Source: Mobula hypostoma | Lineage: Eukaryota | DNA: 64,000 nucleotides | Assembly (NCBI RefSeq): GCF_963921235.1 | Contig: NC_086097.1 | Span: forward strand, 72,108,001-72,172,000 | Direction of reading: 5' to 3' | Shown here: positions 1-11,220 of the stretch, piece by piece | How the letters are laid out: each line of letters opens with the position of its first letter | Position numbering within the stretch: the first letter of the stretch is position 1 | Translations under genes and position numbers: made by a program | The notes under the pieces: model-generated | Databases searched by the model: none | What the model saw: the letters and a program-made list of their open reading frames with translations, nothing else | Told to the model about the DNA's origin: nothing

Positions 1-270
1 AACATTCTCCCTTTTACATGGCTTTTCAATCTCTCTTTGTAATTTCAATCCACCAGAGTTCTGCATATAACTCCCATCAGGCTCTTTTTACCCTTGAAGT
101 TTCTTAACTCTATCCACAAGGATTCTACATCTTCTGATTCTATGTCACTTCTTTCAATGGATTTGATTTCATTTTTTACCAACAGAGCCATTCCACCCCC
201 TCTACTTAGGTGTCTGTCCTTTCGACGCCATGTGTACCCTTGGATGTTAAGCTCCCAGCTTCTTTCAGCC
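1..270 (-). mobile_element. CR1-clade LINE fragment (ORF2 APE endonuclease region)
   Basis: Minus ORF 45..317 reads WELNIQGYTWRRKDR...GGGMALLVKNEI...VESLWIELRN.KGKK, typical of the CR1 ORF2 endonuclease. It is truncated. Confidence 0.85.
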
Positions 271-274
271 ATGA

Positions 275-628
275 CTGTGAGAACAGCTGAGAGGATCATA
301 GGGGACATCGGGGACATTTATCAGGAGCGCTGCATATGCAAGGCCCGTAGTATTACTAAGGATCCCACCCATCCACCCATCTATCCAGCATCCTCCTTGA
401 CTTTCTACCATCAGGCAGGAGACTACAATGCATAAAATCAAGAACGGTCAGGATGAGAAACAGTTTCTTCTCCCAGGCTATTAGGCTTCAGGACTCCCAG
501 CCACATCATATTCAAAGTGTCACTGGCTAATCTATTACGTACCTTACAATATTTAATATTAATGCATTTCAGTTTGTTATTTATATGTGATTCATCTGTA
601 GATTCAATCCTTCCCTTCATAAATTATC
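275..628 (+). mobile_element. Older Rex1/Babar LINE 3' end; its 3' UTR resumes at about 2069-2165 after a nested insertion
   Basis: Translation VRTAERIIG..DIYQERC..KARSI.KDPTHP matches the Rex1-type C-terminus. An AT-rich 3' UTR follows and is interrupted at about 629. Confidence 0.7.
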
Positions 629-2068
629 ATGTGTTTCGCCATGTATTCAACCTGAGCCTGAGGCTCCGGAGGGTTCCTGTGCTGTGGAAGACGTCCTGCC
701 TCGTCCCTGTGCCGAAGACGCCGCACCCCAGCGGCCTCAATGACTACAGACCGGTGGCATTGACCTCCCACATCATGAAGACCCTGGAGAGACTTGTTCT
801 GGAGTTGCTCCGGCCTGTAGTCAGGCCACACTTAGATCCCCTCCAGTTCGCCTACCAGCCCCGACTAGGAGTTGAGGATGCCATCGTCTACCTGCTGAAC
901 CATGTCTACGCCCACATAGACAAGCCAGCGAGCACTGTGAGGGTCATGTTTTTTGACTTCTCTAGTGCGTTCAACACCATCCGCCCTGCTCTGCTGGGGG
1001 AGAAGCTGACAGCGATGCAGGTGGATGCTTTCCTGGTGTCATGGATTCTTGATTACCTGACCAGCAGACCACAGTACATGTGCTTGTAACACTGTGTGTC
1101 CGACAGAGTGATCAGCAGCACTGGGGCTCCACAGGGGACTGTCTTGTCTCCCTTTATCTTCACCATTTACACCTTGAACTTCAACTACTGCACAGAGTCT
1201 TGTCATCTTCAGAAGTTTTCTGATGACTGCCATAGTTGGATGCATCAGCAAGGGAGATGAGGCTGAGTACAGGGCTGCGGTAGGAAACTTTGTCACATGG
1301 TGTGAGCAGAATTATCTGCAGCTTAATGTGAAAAAGACTAAGGAGCTGGTGGTAGACCTGAGGAGAGTTAAGGTACCGGTGACCCCTGTTTCCATCCAGG
1401 GGGTCAGTGTGGACATGGTGAAGGATTACAAATACCTGGGGATACGAATTGACAATAAACTGGACTGGTCAAAGAACACTGAGGCTGCCTACAAGAAGGG
1501 TCAGAGCCGTCTCAATTTCCTGAGGAGACTGAGGTCCTTTAACATCTGCCGGACAATGCTGAGGATGTTCTACGAGTCTGTGGTGGCCAGTGCTATCATG
1601 TTTGCTGTTGTGTGCTGGGGCAGCAGGCTGAGGGTAGCAGACACCAACAGAATCAACAAACTCATTCGTAAGGCCAGTGATGTTGTGGGGATGGAACAGG
1701 ACTCTCTGACGGTGGTGTCTGAAAAGAGGATGCTGTCCAAGTTGCATGCCATCTTGGTCAATGTCTCCCATCCACTACATAATGTACTGGGTGGGCACAG
1801 GAGTACATTCAGCCAGAGACTCATTCCACCGAGATGCAACACAGATCATCATAGGAAGTCATTCCTGCCTATGGCCATCAAACCTTACAACTCCTCTCTT
1901 GGAGGGTTGGACACCCTGAGCCAATAGGCTGGTCCTGGACTTATTTCCTGGCATAATTTACATATTGCTATTTAATTATTTATAGTTTTATTCCTATTTA
2001 TTATTTATGGTGCAACTGTAACAAAAACCAATTTTCCCCAGGATCAATAAAGTATGACTATGACTATG
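629..2068 (+). mobile_element. Young 5'-truncated Rex1/Babar LINE (RT plus C-terminal domain), disabled
   Basis: ORFs 517..1089 and 1223..1927 give LNDYRPVALTS..MKTLERLV, DPLQFAY, FFDFSSAFNTI, GAPQG and KFSDD (1216-1227), then YKYLG and K.QSRL.FLRRL. There is one premature TAA (1087-1089) and a small frameshift after the DD. It ends with AATAAA and a (TATGAC)n tail. Confidence 0.92.
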
Positions 2069-3564
2069 GTTATGTGCTTTACACCCTGGTTCAAAGAAAC
2101 ATCTCATTTCTATGTATATTATATACATATATGTAGTTAAATGACAATAAACTTCACTTGACATTTGACTTGACTCAGCCCACAACATCATACCTGAAAA
2201 TTTCTAACTGCTCTACAAGACCATCTATCTTATTTCATATACTGTGTGCCTTCAAATATAACACCATTAGTTCTATATTCAACACTTTCTTTCACTTCTG
2301 TCTCCGTGTCGCCTGATGTAATGCTAATTTAAGACAGACTTCCTGTTCACAAGCCTGTGCCAGGTCCCAGTCACATGCTTCAGTGACAGTGGACATTTGG
2401 CAATGCTTAACACCATTCCTCATTTTTGGTGATTGTTTTCCATGTCTCTGTAGCTGGTTGGGGGAACATAACTGCTCCCTGTGCAAAGAATTACAGCTAT
2501 TATCATATTTCATTTCCTTACCAGTGAACTGTAATTCTTGAGAAATGAATTCCAGCATTCAGTACAAACTGAGGATTGTGCCCAAAGGGACAATAGAAGG
2601 AGACGATGGGGTGGTGGAGGGGTAGAGGCTGGTACGAGATCACAAAAGATCAAACGTGACCATTGAGAAATGTTCTGGTTGAACTGAAAAAAAGAATCTC
2701 TCTCACTGCAATGCAGCAAGGAGAAGAGAATGATGGAAGCAAATAGTAGAACACTTGCACAGCCAGACTTATTGTTGGTTTATTTGATATATACTTAAAG
2801 TTCAGGTTCCAGATGTATGGCACAGTTAAGGGAATTGCAGTTGGGTAGCAGTCTGTTTGATCACTGTCATTTCACCTCTGGGACCTGGGCTTGCTTTCAG
2901 TTCAGACAGAAGAGATGATTGTTTCTTCCTCCTGACAGCTGTCAAGGGGACTAATTGAAATAACTTGGGAAGCTCACTTCAGTTCCTGGTGAACATGAAT
3001 CTACAGCAAACAATCGTCCTTGGACTTGGTGCTTATTTGGTAATTTTGGCTAGAGCGGTCACGGGAAGACAATGATGCTGAAAATGAATAAATCAAACAA
3101 GAAAACTCAGGTGCTCCCCAATTTTGCATGGAGGATTTCAATGAGGGCTGTATACGTAGGTACATCTTACATTATATGTGAAGGGTGCGAATAGAGGATT
3201 GCTTTCATCTCTCTGCCACTTGAACGCCAACTTACGTTAGTGATCTCACAATTCACCAGGAAATGTAATTCTCTACGGCTTTTAGCTGTTCCTCTGACTA
3301 ATGGGTCACCTGGCATGTTGACTTGTCTTTTCTATTTACAATGGTGTAACTGTCTGCTACGTTTCAACATTTTCAGATTGTGCATTTTTTTTAACAGTGG
3401 TTGTTTTTATTTGACACAGCCAACAAACACTGTTTTTCTCCATGTGGTAGTTTATCAGGTTTCATAAGTGTTTTAGATTTTTGAATATTAAGGAATCAAG
3501 TGATATGAGGTCAGGACATGAAAGTAATCTCGGGATGAAAAGCTGCATTTACTTCAACTATTTT

Positions 3565-4366
3565 GCCACCTAACGGCAACTCCTTTGCTTGCATCTTCGG
3601 AAGCAGCTCTATTTCTATCTTTAACATCTCCTTTTTTTCCTTTTCAGGGTTCTTTTAAAGACCCTGACCTGGAGTTACACGCTGACTTTGGTTCTTTGCA
3701 GAAATGGGACCACTCTCGGGCCTCGCGGCTGGCGACTTTTCGATATGTCAAGGAGGTGACCTGGAAGACTAGTGCACCTTCAGGGTGCCGGGTTTCGTGG
3801 CTCTGGAGATTGGCTGATTCGAAGCTGGTGCCACCGCCTGATATGCCGTGGGAGTGCACGGAAGATCGAAAGCAGTGAGCTGGATGCTGGCTGTGCCAAG
3901 AGACTCGAGATCTTTGGGCACAGGGCTCAGAAAAAGTGGCTCAACAGACTTTTAACACCATAAATCAACAAGTTGTTTTGTTACGTTCCCCTCTCGGTGT
4001 GAAATGGAGGAACCTCTTTCTCCCTTAGTAGGGAGAGAGAGAGCCTGTATGTTGAATTATTGGGTGAGTGAGTAGTCTTTAGGGTACTGCAAATCTGTGT
4101 GTTCATTGATGCTTTGCTGCGCACTTGAGTGCTCCGTGAGGGGTGCAGATGCTTTTTTTGCTGGTGGGGGAGGGGGGTCGTCGCTTTGCTGCTGCTTATG
4201 TGTGGGAGGGGGGAGATGGGGGGTGCTTGGGGGTCCTAACATTTAATTGTCATTCATTTTTTGCGACACTCCTCTGTTTTCGTGGATGGTTACGAAGAAA
4301 AAGAATTTCAGGATGTATATTTTATACATTTCTCTGACATTAAGTGTACCTATTGAACCTATTGAA
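3565..4366 (+). mobile_element. Non-autonomous retroposon (SINE-like) with a Rex1-type 3' tail
   Basis: CpG-rich non-coding body. Its 3' end (AAGAATTTCAGGATGTATAT...) resembles other Rex1-type 3' UTRs in the window (about 31165-31230 and 53640-53710). It ends in a tandem (CCTATTGAA)2 tail. Confidence 0.6.
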
Positions 4367-4571
4367 AATAGTTGAAGTCTAATGTTCCTTGTTTTCATTG
4401 GGCTACAGTGGAATATTGTAGGTGACAATATTCCAACTAGTGCCTGCAAGTCAGAGACACGAGAGACTGCAGATACTGGCAATCTGGATCAGCACACACA
4501 AAATCCTCCACAACCATGTCATGGTTTGAAGGGTTGCATGCCTCAATGAACTGGAGAGCTGGAGTCAGAGC

Positions 4572-5417
4572 TGTTGGTCAGAAGGAACTGCAGTCTACAA
4601 ATTAGTGAATTCGAATGAATCAAGGGCAGTGGAAGCTGACAAGAAGAACTACAGTCTACAAATGAGTAGATTCAGATGAATCAAAGTCAGGAGGAGTAAA
4701 CAAATCAATTGTCTTTGTCCCCCCAAATTGTTGTTCTGGGTTAATCTAATCAGAGCAATTGAATGAGAATCCAAGGAGTTTCAGATAATGACCTGCTAAA
4801 CCTGAGACCATTTTCAAATGAGTAGCTATTTATTATGTAAAGTGCCAGACCTACCAAGGAAGAAATCTGCAATCGCATCAGTGTCTGGGTCCCTAGTTTA
4901 ATGGTTTGGACCACTCAGAGTTGAAAGACACAAATACACAAGGTGTGTGGGGGGGCAGGGGGGCGGGCAGAGCCATGAAACAACATTGGTTGTAGCCCTG
5001 GACTAGAACCACTAAGAAAGTGACCCAGGTAGGTCAGGAGACCTTGAGCCAGTGGGCTGGAGATCTACCAGTTCAAATGATGAGGAACACTATAAGGATC
5101 AGAATCTCCAAACATGTGATGGCAATAATTCTCCAGCAATCAGAGACCAACCATCATGGTTGAGGAGGACCCCACAGGGACATGGAGATCAGGGCCACGA
5201 GGAATGCCTGGCCAGCGTAGACTCCTTTCACAGGTAATACCTTTTCTCTGCATTGACTGTCCATGGAGGATCAGAGAATTCTAATGTGTGTGCACACAGG
5301 TGGTTAGTTTGTGAACCCACATGCTTTTTAGTTGAGACAATAAAGGTTACTTGTCAGTAAATACATCTTCTCTCTGTGCCTCTCAGATCATGATTACCAG
5401 GGGTGATTTTTGTAACA
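4572..5417 (+). mobile_element. LTR of an endogenous retrovirus or LTR retrotransposon
   Basis: Begins TGTT and ends AACA. Has an ~60-bp tandem duplication near the 5' end (about 4580-4690), TATAAG at 5091 and AATAAA at 5339-5344. A primer-binding site follows immediately. Confidence 0.75.
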
Positions 5418-5421
5418 GAAT

Positions 5422-5439
5422 TGGCATCCCTGGGTGGGC
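5422..5439 (+). promoter_or_regulatory. Primer-binding site complementary to tRNA-Asn
   Basis: TGGCATCCCTGGGTGGGC matches 17/18 of TGGCGTCCCTGGGTGGGC, the reverse complement of the vertebrate tRNA-Asn(GUU) 3' end. The single mismatch is a CpG-type transition. Confidence 0.85.
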
Positions 5440-5805
5440 CCCAGTAGGTGTGCAACATTTACAAGGCTTTGGCTCTTGGTAGGGTTTTCCATGCCAAACA
5501 GGCCAAAGGGTAGAGGCCAGGCTAAGAGTAGACTATTGGCCCTCCATGTTCAGGAGTTCAGCTCAGGGCTGATAGCCTTAACTGGTAAAACAAAATTGTT
5601 ATGGAAACAGAAATGAAGAATACTTGTACATCTGAGTGTGACAGTATTCCTGAATCTCCACCTGACACTTGCTTGACCGACAATAGTGAAAATTGAGAGG
5701 AAGCTATTGACATAATGAAGAAAGCTCTGAATATTGTCAGAGATGCAGGACCTTTGCCCCAAACACCAGCAGTGTAATGGACGGTAATTAGGTAAGTGAG
5801 TAACT

Positions 5806-5986
5806 CACAAAATACTAGAAGAACTCGGCAGGTCAGGCAACAGCTGCGTAGAGAAATGGACAGTTGATGATTTGGGCCAAGCCCCTTCATCAGGACTCAG
5901 GCAAGGTCTCAGCCCAAACATCAGTTGTTCATTTTCTTCTATAGATCCTGCCTGACCTGCTGAGTTCCTCCAACATTTTGTGTGTG
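5806..5986. mobile_element. Old inverted pair of Penelope-like terminal repeats with degenerate hammerhead cores
   Basis: CACAAAATACTAGAAGAACTCGGCAGGTCAGGCA ... TGCCTGACCTGCTGAGTTCCTCCAACATTTTGTG form inverted arms around CCCTTCATCAGGACT. Confidence 0.75.
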
Positions 5987-6499
5987 AAGTGCCTACAAGT
6001 TCCTGATTGTTTTTGTAACTTACCCAGGATTGGTAGTTGATCTGTATTTGCCATCTGCTGCACCCCCCCCCCACCCCCAGTGTAATGAGATGCTACTTCT
6101 AGCTATGGGTACATAAACAAATATGAAGGAAGTAGAAGTACATCACAATTCCATCAACACGACATTTTGAGGGCCTGTTGATGGAAGGGAGTAAAATGAC
6201 AGCTGTCGTATCCCTTGCACTTGTATGGAACCTGATAACGTAATATGTTAAATACAGTTAGCCAGTTTTGTGTGTGTGCAGTGGGTGTTAGGGGCAAGTA
6301 GGGAAGTAGCTTAAAAGACATTTTCTGCCAAGGGAGACATGTTGAGCCTGCAGGTTCATGGAAATGGTATGCCAATGTGTTATGGATGTACCACAGATGA
6401 CCTAAGTTACTGACAAGGTGATGGAGCAGAGATCTATTTTACCAGAAATGTAAAGGCCTCGAGCTGAGGGCAAGGGTGGGTCATAGTGTAGCCTTTCAC

Positions 6500-6690
6500 A
6501 TGGCCAAAGTGTTAGCTAGCATATTGAGAGAAACTTTTTCTTCGAATGCTACTCCAGAAGTATCTGTATGAACTAGAGAGGGAAGATGAGATCTCAGTTT
6601 AACTCTCAACCAGGAGACAGTGTCTCCAACTTGCAGTGCTCCCTCAGTGCTGTGTTGGATGGTTACTTTTGAGTACAGGAGCACCTGTTG
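6500..6690 (-). mobile_element. Degraded Deu-domain SINE remnant (SacSINE/AmnSINE-like)
   Basis: CTCAGTTTAACTCTCAACCAGGAGACAGTGTCTCC...GCTCCCTCAGTGCTG resembles the recalled reverse complement of the Deu-SINE core. It is heavily diverged. Confidence 0.45.
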
Positions 6691-7626
6691 CTGTGGGAAA
6701 CATTGGTCTCAGCATTGATCTGCCATTATGCTGATGGTACCTTTTGCATGACAATGACTTCAGTTAAAGATGATGTCATCCCAGGCAACATATCTGAATT
6801 CTCAGATATTATTTTGTTTTCTTTTGTTCTACCTCTGAGTTTTTCTAATAACCTGTGGTGCAGCTTGCCCTTTAGAGGAATTATGCTTGACGATGTATCA
6901 ATTTACAAAAATACACCCCTTCTGATCCCAAAAAGCTAAACAATACAGTCGTATACTTGGATGAAGCATACATTAAAAAAGCTTGTGGAAAAATAATGAA
7001 TCTTGTTCTGTCTCAAAAATTTTCAGTAGATTCAAAACAAATTTAGTAATGACCAATATCTTGTGGATTTGGTACAACAGGCAGATGAAAACAATCAAAA
7101 ACTAAATTGTGAGTGCTGATGATTTCTTTAAATAGCAATTTTCAAATACTTGTCGAACCGTGCAAAGCTAGAATGAGGAATTAGGGTGCATATTGATCTC
7201 CACCATGGCAGTACTGATCGATGCCCTGAGTTGCTGATGTCCAGAGAATATGCTCAGCAATCTAGTACACTTTGGCCTACAGATGTCAAATTCATGTCAG
7301 GAATACCAATATGGCAACAGAATGAGACTGGTTCAACTCACCCAAAGTGGCTAAAGAGCAGAATTACAAGTGCGAATTCTGTCCTAATTTTAAAAAATTG
7401 CACTGGAAAGCAGCACCACCAACAGTATGGAAAATTATAACAAATTCTGAGTTTCCTTTAATTGTACTTTTTTTACAAACTTTCCAGCAAACCTTTAAAA
7501 TTGTTTGCGCAAGAGCATCTTTGATGTCTTTTTAAAAATTTCAATAAAAACTTTATGAAAAAAAACTGTACTCTGTGGAAACTACTTACAGCATAGTGAA
7601 GTTTAAATAGATTGTATCTTAGAATC

Positions 7627-10600
7627 ACACAAACTGGCTAAGCCAGTGACTCCCAGGAAAAGGCTGGGTGACCACCGAATAGATTGGTGATGACTGGAGA
7701 GACAGTTGACAGCACGGAAAGACAGCAAACGTGGCAGGGAGGGGGAGCAGACCAACCTGCATCTTCTCTGAAGAAGAACCCAAGAAAGCTATAGATATAC
7801 CCAATGAAAGCCACCCCCAGGGGAGCCTGAGGGGTGGGGGGCAGAATGAGCACTCCAATAGGACAGACCTGATAACAACGACCAAGGCAAATGGATTATC
7901 GATGACAAGAGATGCATTTGCGTCACGGTTTGTAAGAACAAGCGCAGCCTAAAGATCCATCAGGCCAGAATGAAGTGCTTGGAGCAGGAGAATGTTCGCA
8001 GCGCGCAGGATTTATGCCTTGTGAGACACAGGAGGAGCCCGGCCTGGAGTCACCCCACAGAGCCCAGAACCTCCAAGCGTCAGAAGCTTCTGTCCCAAGC
8101 AACGTAGTTCAACAGCACCAGATCAAGTGGCCCCCAGTCAGCAACAAGAAAGAGTGGCTCCAGTTTGATGGGGATGTAGCAAGGATCATAGAGTTGACAG
8201 CCAAGGGAGATGTTGACGGACCACTTCAGACAATGATCATCATCATTGTCAGCTCTGCTACAGAGAGGTTTGGGATAGAAGAGGGAAAGACCACCAGATC
8301 CCAATACACGATGAACCGCAGGGCAGCCCAGATCCACCAACTGCGCCAAGTGCTCCGGTCCCTGGCACGGCAGTTCACGGTAGCAATGGAGGAGGAGAAG
8401 CCTCCCCTGGTTGAGCTCCAGAACATCTGCAGGAAGAAGCTAATGACCCTGTGCAGAGCAGAATGGCACAGGAGGCGAGGGAGAGAAAGAGCCAGGAAGC
8501 GAGCTGCCTTCATAGCCAATCCATTTGGTTTTACAAAACAACTCCTAGGATAGAAATGCAGTGGCCACCTTGTGTGCCCTAAAGAAGAGGTAGACCATTT
8601 CCTTCATAACATCCTGAGTGACCCTGCAAGGGAGCAAGAGCTGGGCCTCCACAGAGCCCTTACAAGTTAACCACTCCCCATGGTGGAGTTCGATGTGAGG
8701 GAGTCCACCTGGAAGGAAGTTGTGACTTCAGCCAGAGCCAGTTCTGTGCCAGGACCCAGCGGAGTACCCTACAAGGTGTACAAGCACTGCCCGGAGCTTC
8801 TCAAGATTCTTTGGAAGATCCTGTGAGTGATCTGGCACAGGGGGACAGGGGCAGACCAGTGGAGGTATGCAGAGGGAGTTGGATTCCCAAGGAGGAAAAT
8901 TCGTCTGACCTGGAGCAGTGTAGATCCATCTCGCTGCTTAGTGTGGAAGGGAAAATCTTCTTTAGTGTCTAGTCCTGCCAGATGGCAGACTTTCTCCTCA
9001 AGAACTTATACAGTATCGACACTTCAGTGCAGTAGGGTGGAATTCCCGGAGTGCCTGGGTGCCTGGAACACACTGGAGTAGTCACCCAGCTGATCAGGGA
9101 GGCACAGATGGGGAAGGGGGACCTGGTCGTGCTTTGGCTAGATTTCGCCAATGCGTATGGGTCAATACCCCACAAACTGGTGGAGTTTACACTAGACCAA
9201 CACTATGTTCCCAGAACTATCAAGGACCTCATCATGAACTACTATGGGAACTTTAGACATGGAATCACTTCTGAAGCTATGACATCAGGCTGGCAGAGGC
9301 TGGAGAAGGGGATTATAACTGGGTGTACAATCTCCGTAATTCTCTTTGCCCTTGCCATGAATATGATAGTCAAGGCAGCTGAGGCAGAGTGTAGAGGCCC
9401 ACTGACCAAGTCTGGTGTTCGGCAGCCCCCGATCAGAGCCTTTATGGATGACCTCACTGTCACGACAACATCAGTTCCTGGCAACAGGTGGATCCTCCAG
9501 GGCCTGGAAAAGCTCATCACATGGGCAAAGATGAGCTTCAAACCAGCTAAATCCAGGTCCATGGTGTTGAAGAAGGGCAAAGTGGTGGACAAGTTTCGTT
9601 TTACCTCGGATGGCACTACAATTCCATCTATCACCGAGAAGCCAGTCAAGAGCTTGGGGAAGGTCTTTGACTGTAGCCTCAGCGATGCAGCTGCCGTCCG
9701 ATCAGCTTCCAAGGAGCTTGAGAGCTGGATCACCACGGTGGACAAGTCAGGCCTACCTGGAAGGTTCAAAGCCTGGATTTACCAGCATGGCATCCTACCC
9801 CCAATCCTATGACTGCTACTGATATACGAGGTGCCTGTGACAACTGTGGAGAGGAAGGTCAGTAACTACCTTCGAAGGTGGCTGGGCCTACCTCGTAGTC
9901 TGAACAGTACAGCACTGTATGAAAGGTGCAAAGAGCTGCCACTTCCCTTCAGCAGCCTGGACGAGGAGTTCGGGGTTTCCCGCATAAGAGAGGTGCTGCA
10001 GTACAGGGATTCCAAGGGCCCTAAAGTGGCAGCAGCAGGCATCCAGGTATGGACGGGCAGGAAGTGGAAGGCACAGGAAGGGCTGGTGGTAACAGAGTCC
10101 CGGCTGAGTCACAGGGCTGTGGTGGGGACAGTGTCAACTAGGCGAGTGGAGCTGGGCTCCGTTTCACAACCTCTCTATGACAAGGCCAAAGGCAAGGACA
10201 GACAGCAACTAGTCCTGGAGGAAGTGCGGGCTGGCATTGGAGAGGAAAGGAATAGCAGGATGGTGGGCATGAGGCAGCAGGGAGCATGGACAAGGTGGGA
10301 AGGTGCGCTGGAGCGGAAAATCTCCTGGTCTGACATCTGGCAGGCAGAACCCCAGTGCATTAAATTTATGATCCAGGCTGTCTATGATGTCTTACCAAAC
10401 CCTGAAAACCTCCATGTCTGGAGCAAGAGCGATACACCAGCATGTCCTCTCTGTCCAGGAAGAGGATCACTGGAGCACATCCTTAGCAGCTGCTTTAAAG
10501 CCTTGGGCGAAGGTGGCTACCAGTGGCGTCATGACCAGGTGCTGAAGTCAGTGTCAGAGAGCATTGCGATGGCCATGACCACCAGCAAACAGAGTGGTCA

Positions 10601-11220
10601 GAGGAAGAACATCTCCTTTGTCAGAACCGGAGCACAGCCCTTACGTCAGCCCAGACCAGCATCATCATCGGGCCTGCTTAGCACCGCAGCAGATTGGCTG
10701 CTTCAGATTGACCTGGGGAGGCAGCTGAAGCATCCCGACCAAACAGCAACAACTTCACTGAGGCCAGATGTGGTCCTTTCTTCAGTGTCCTCGAAGCAGG
10801 TTGTCCTCATCGAGATGGCAGTTCCCTGGGAGGACCGCATTGAGGAAGCAAATGAGTGGAAGCGGGCCAAGTACCAGGAGCTGGTGGAGCAGTGCTGGAG
10901 GCAAGGCTGGAAGGTTCACTGCAAGCCCATCGAAGTGGGGTGCAGGGGTTTTGCCGGCCACTCACTCTGCAGAGTCTACACCCTACTTGGCATCACTGGG
11001 GCTGGCAAGAGGAAAGCGATCACAGAGGCCACTGAGAGAGCCTCAAGATGGCTGTGGATCAGGAGGGGTGACCCGTGGGCCAATGCTGCTGGGACACAAG
11101 CTGGGGTCTGATCAACCCCGGCGGGATCACCTGGGTGAGGGTGCATGATGTTGAAAGACCGGAAACACCCGACGACCCCAGGTTACATCACTGATGATGT
11201 GTCCCAGCGCATCCACAGGA
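7627..11220 (+). mobile_element. Apparently full-length HERO-clade non-LTR retrotransposon (restriction-like endonuclease type)
   Basis: Flanked by TGTATCTTAGAATC (7613-7626) and TGTATTTTAGAATC (11221-11234). Contains a 5' UTR, one disrupted ORF and a structured 3' UTR. Confidence 0.88.
7913..11111 (+). pseudogene. Disrupted HERO polyprotein: N-terminal zinc finger, reverse transcriptase, CCHC knuckle, PD-(D/E)xK endonuclease
   Basis: CICVTVCKNKRSLKIHQARMKC from 7913; PGCLEH; WLDFANAYGSIPH; GIITGCTIS; FMDD (9441-9452); CPLCPGRGSLEHILSSC (10443-10493); LRPD..IEMAVPWE..K..KY..IEVGCRGF. Several in-frame stops and frameshifts split it into ORFs 7975..8553, 9051..9812 and 9831..11111. Confidence 0.9.

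Larger units (their letters stand above)
4510..5760 (+). mobile_element. RTE-clade (Expander/BovB-like) 5' leader-derived repeat, split by an LTR insertion
   Basis: 4510-4571 (CCATGTCATGGTTTGAAGGGTTGCATGCCTCAATGA) and about 5460-5530 (GGTAGGGTTTTCCATGCCAAACAGG) join into a sequence resembling recalled RTE 5' leaders. Confidence 0.5.

Noticed and set aside
1223..1927. 234-aa ORF as a host gene (ALKBH8-N/DUF1891-like)
   Set aside because: It is the C-terminal part of the Rex1 RT ORF, continuous with the RT upstream and followed by the element's tail.
4510..4571. Self-cleaving ribozyme in the RTE-like 5' leader
   Set aside because: The leader is split by an LTR and diverged. I could not fold a convincing HDV-like or twister structure by eye.
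9051..11111. RT plus nuclease as a prokaryotic retron, DGR or defence system
   Set aside because: Domain order, TSD and vertebrate repeat context identify a eukaryotic non-LTR retrotransposon, and the ORF is disrupted.
11139..11200. Hammerhead or C/D-box snoRNA in the HERO 3' UTR (CTGATGA, GAAA, TGATGA)
   Set aside because: The core motifs are not in a valid order or spacing for a hammerhead, and there is no proper box C to box D layout.
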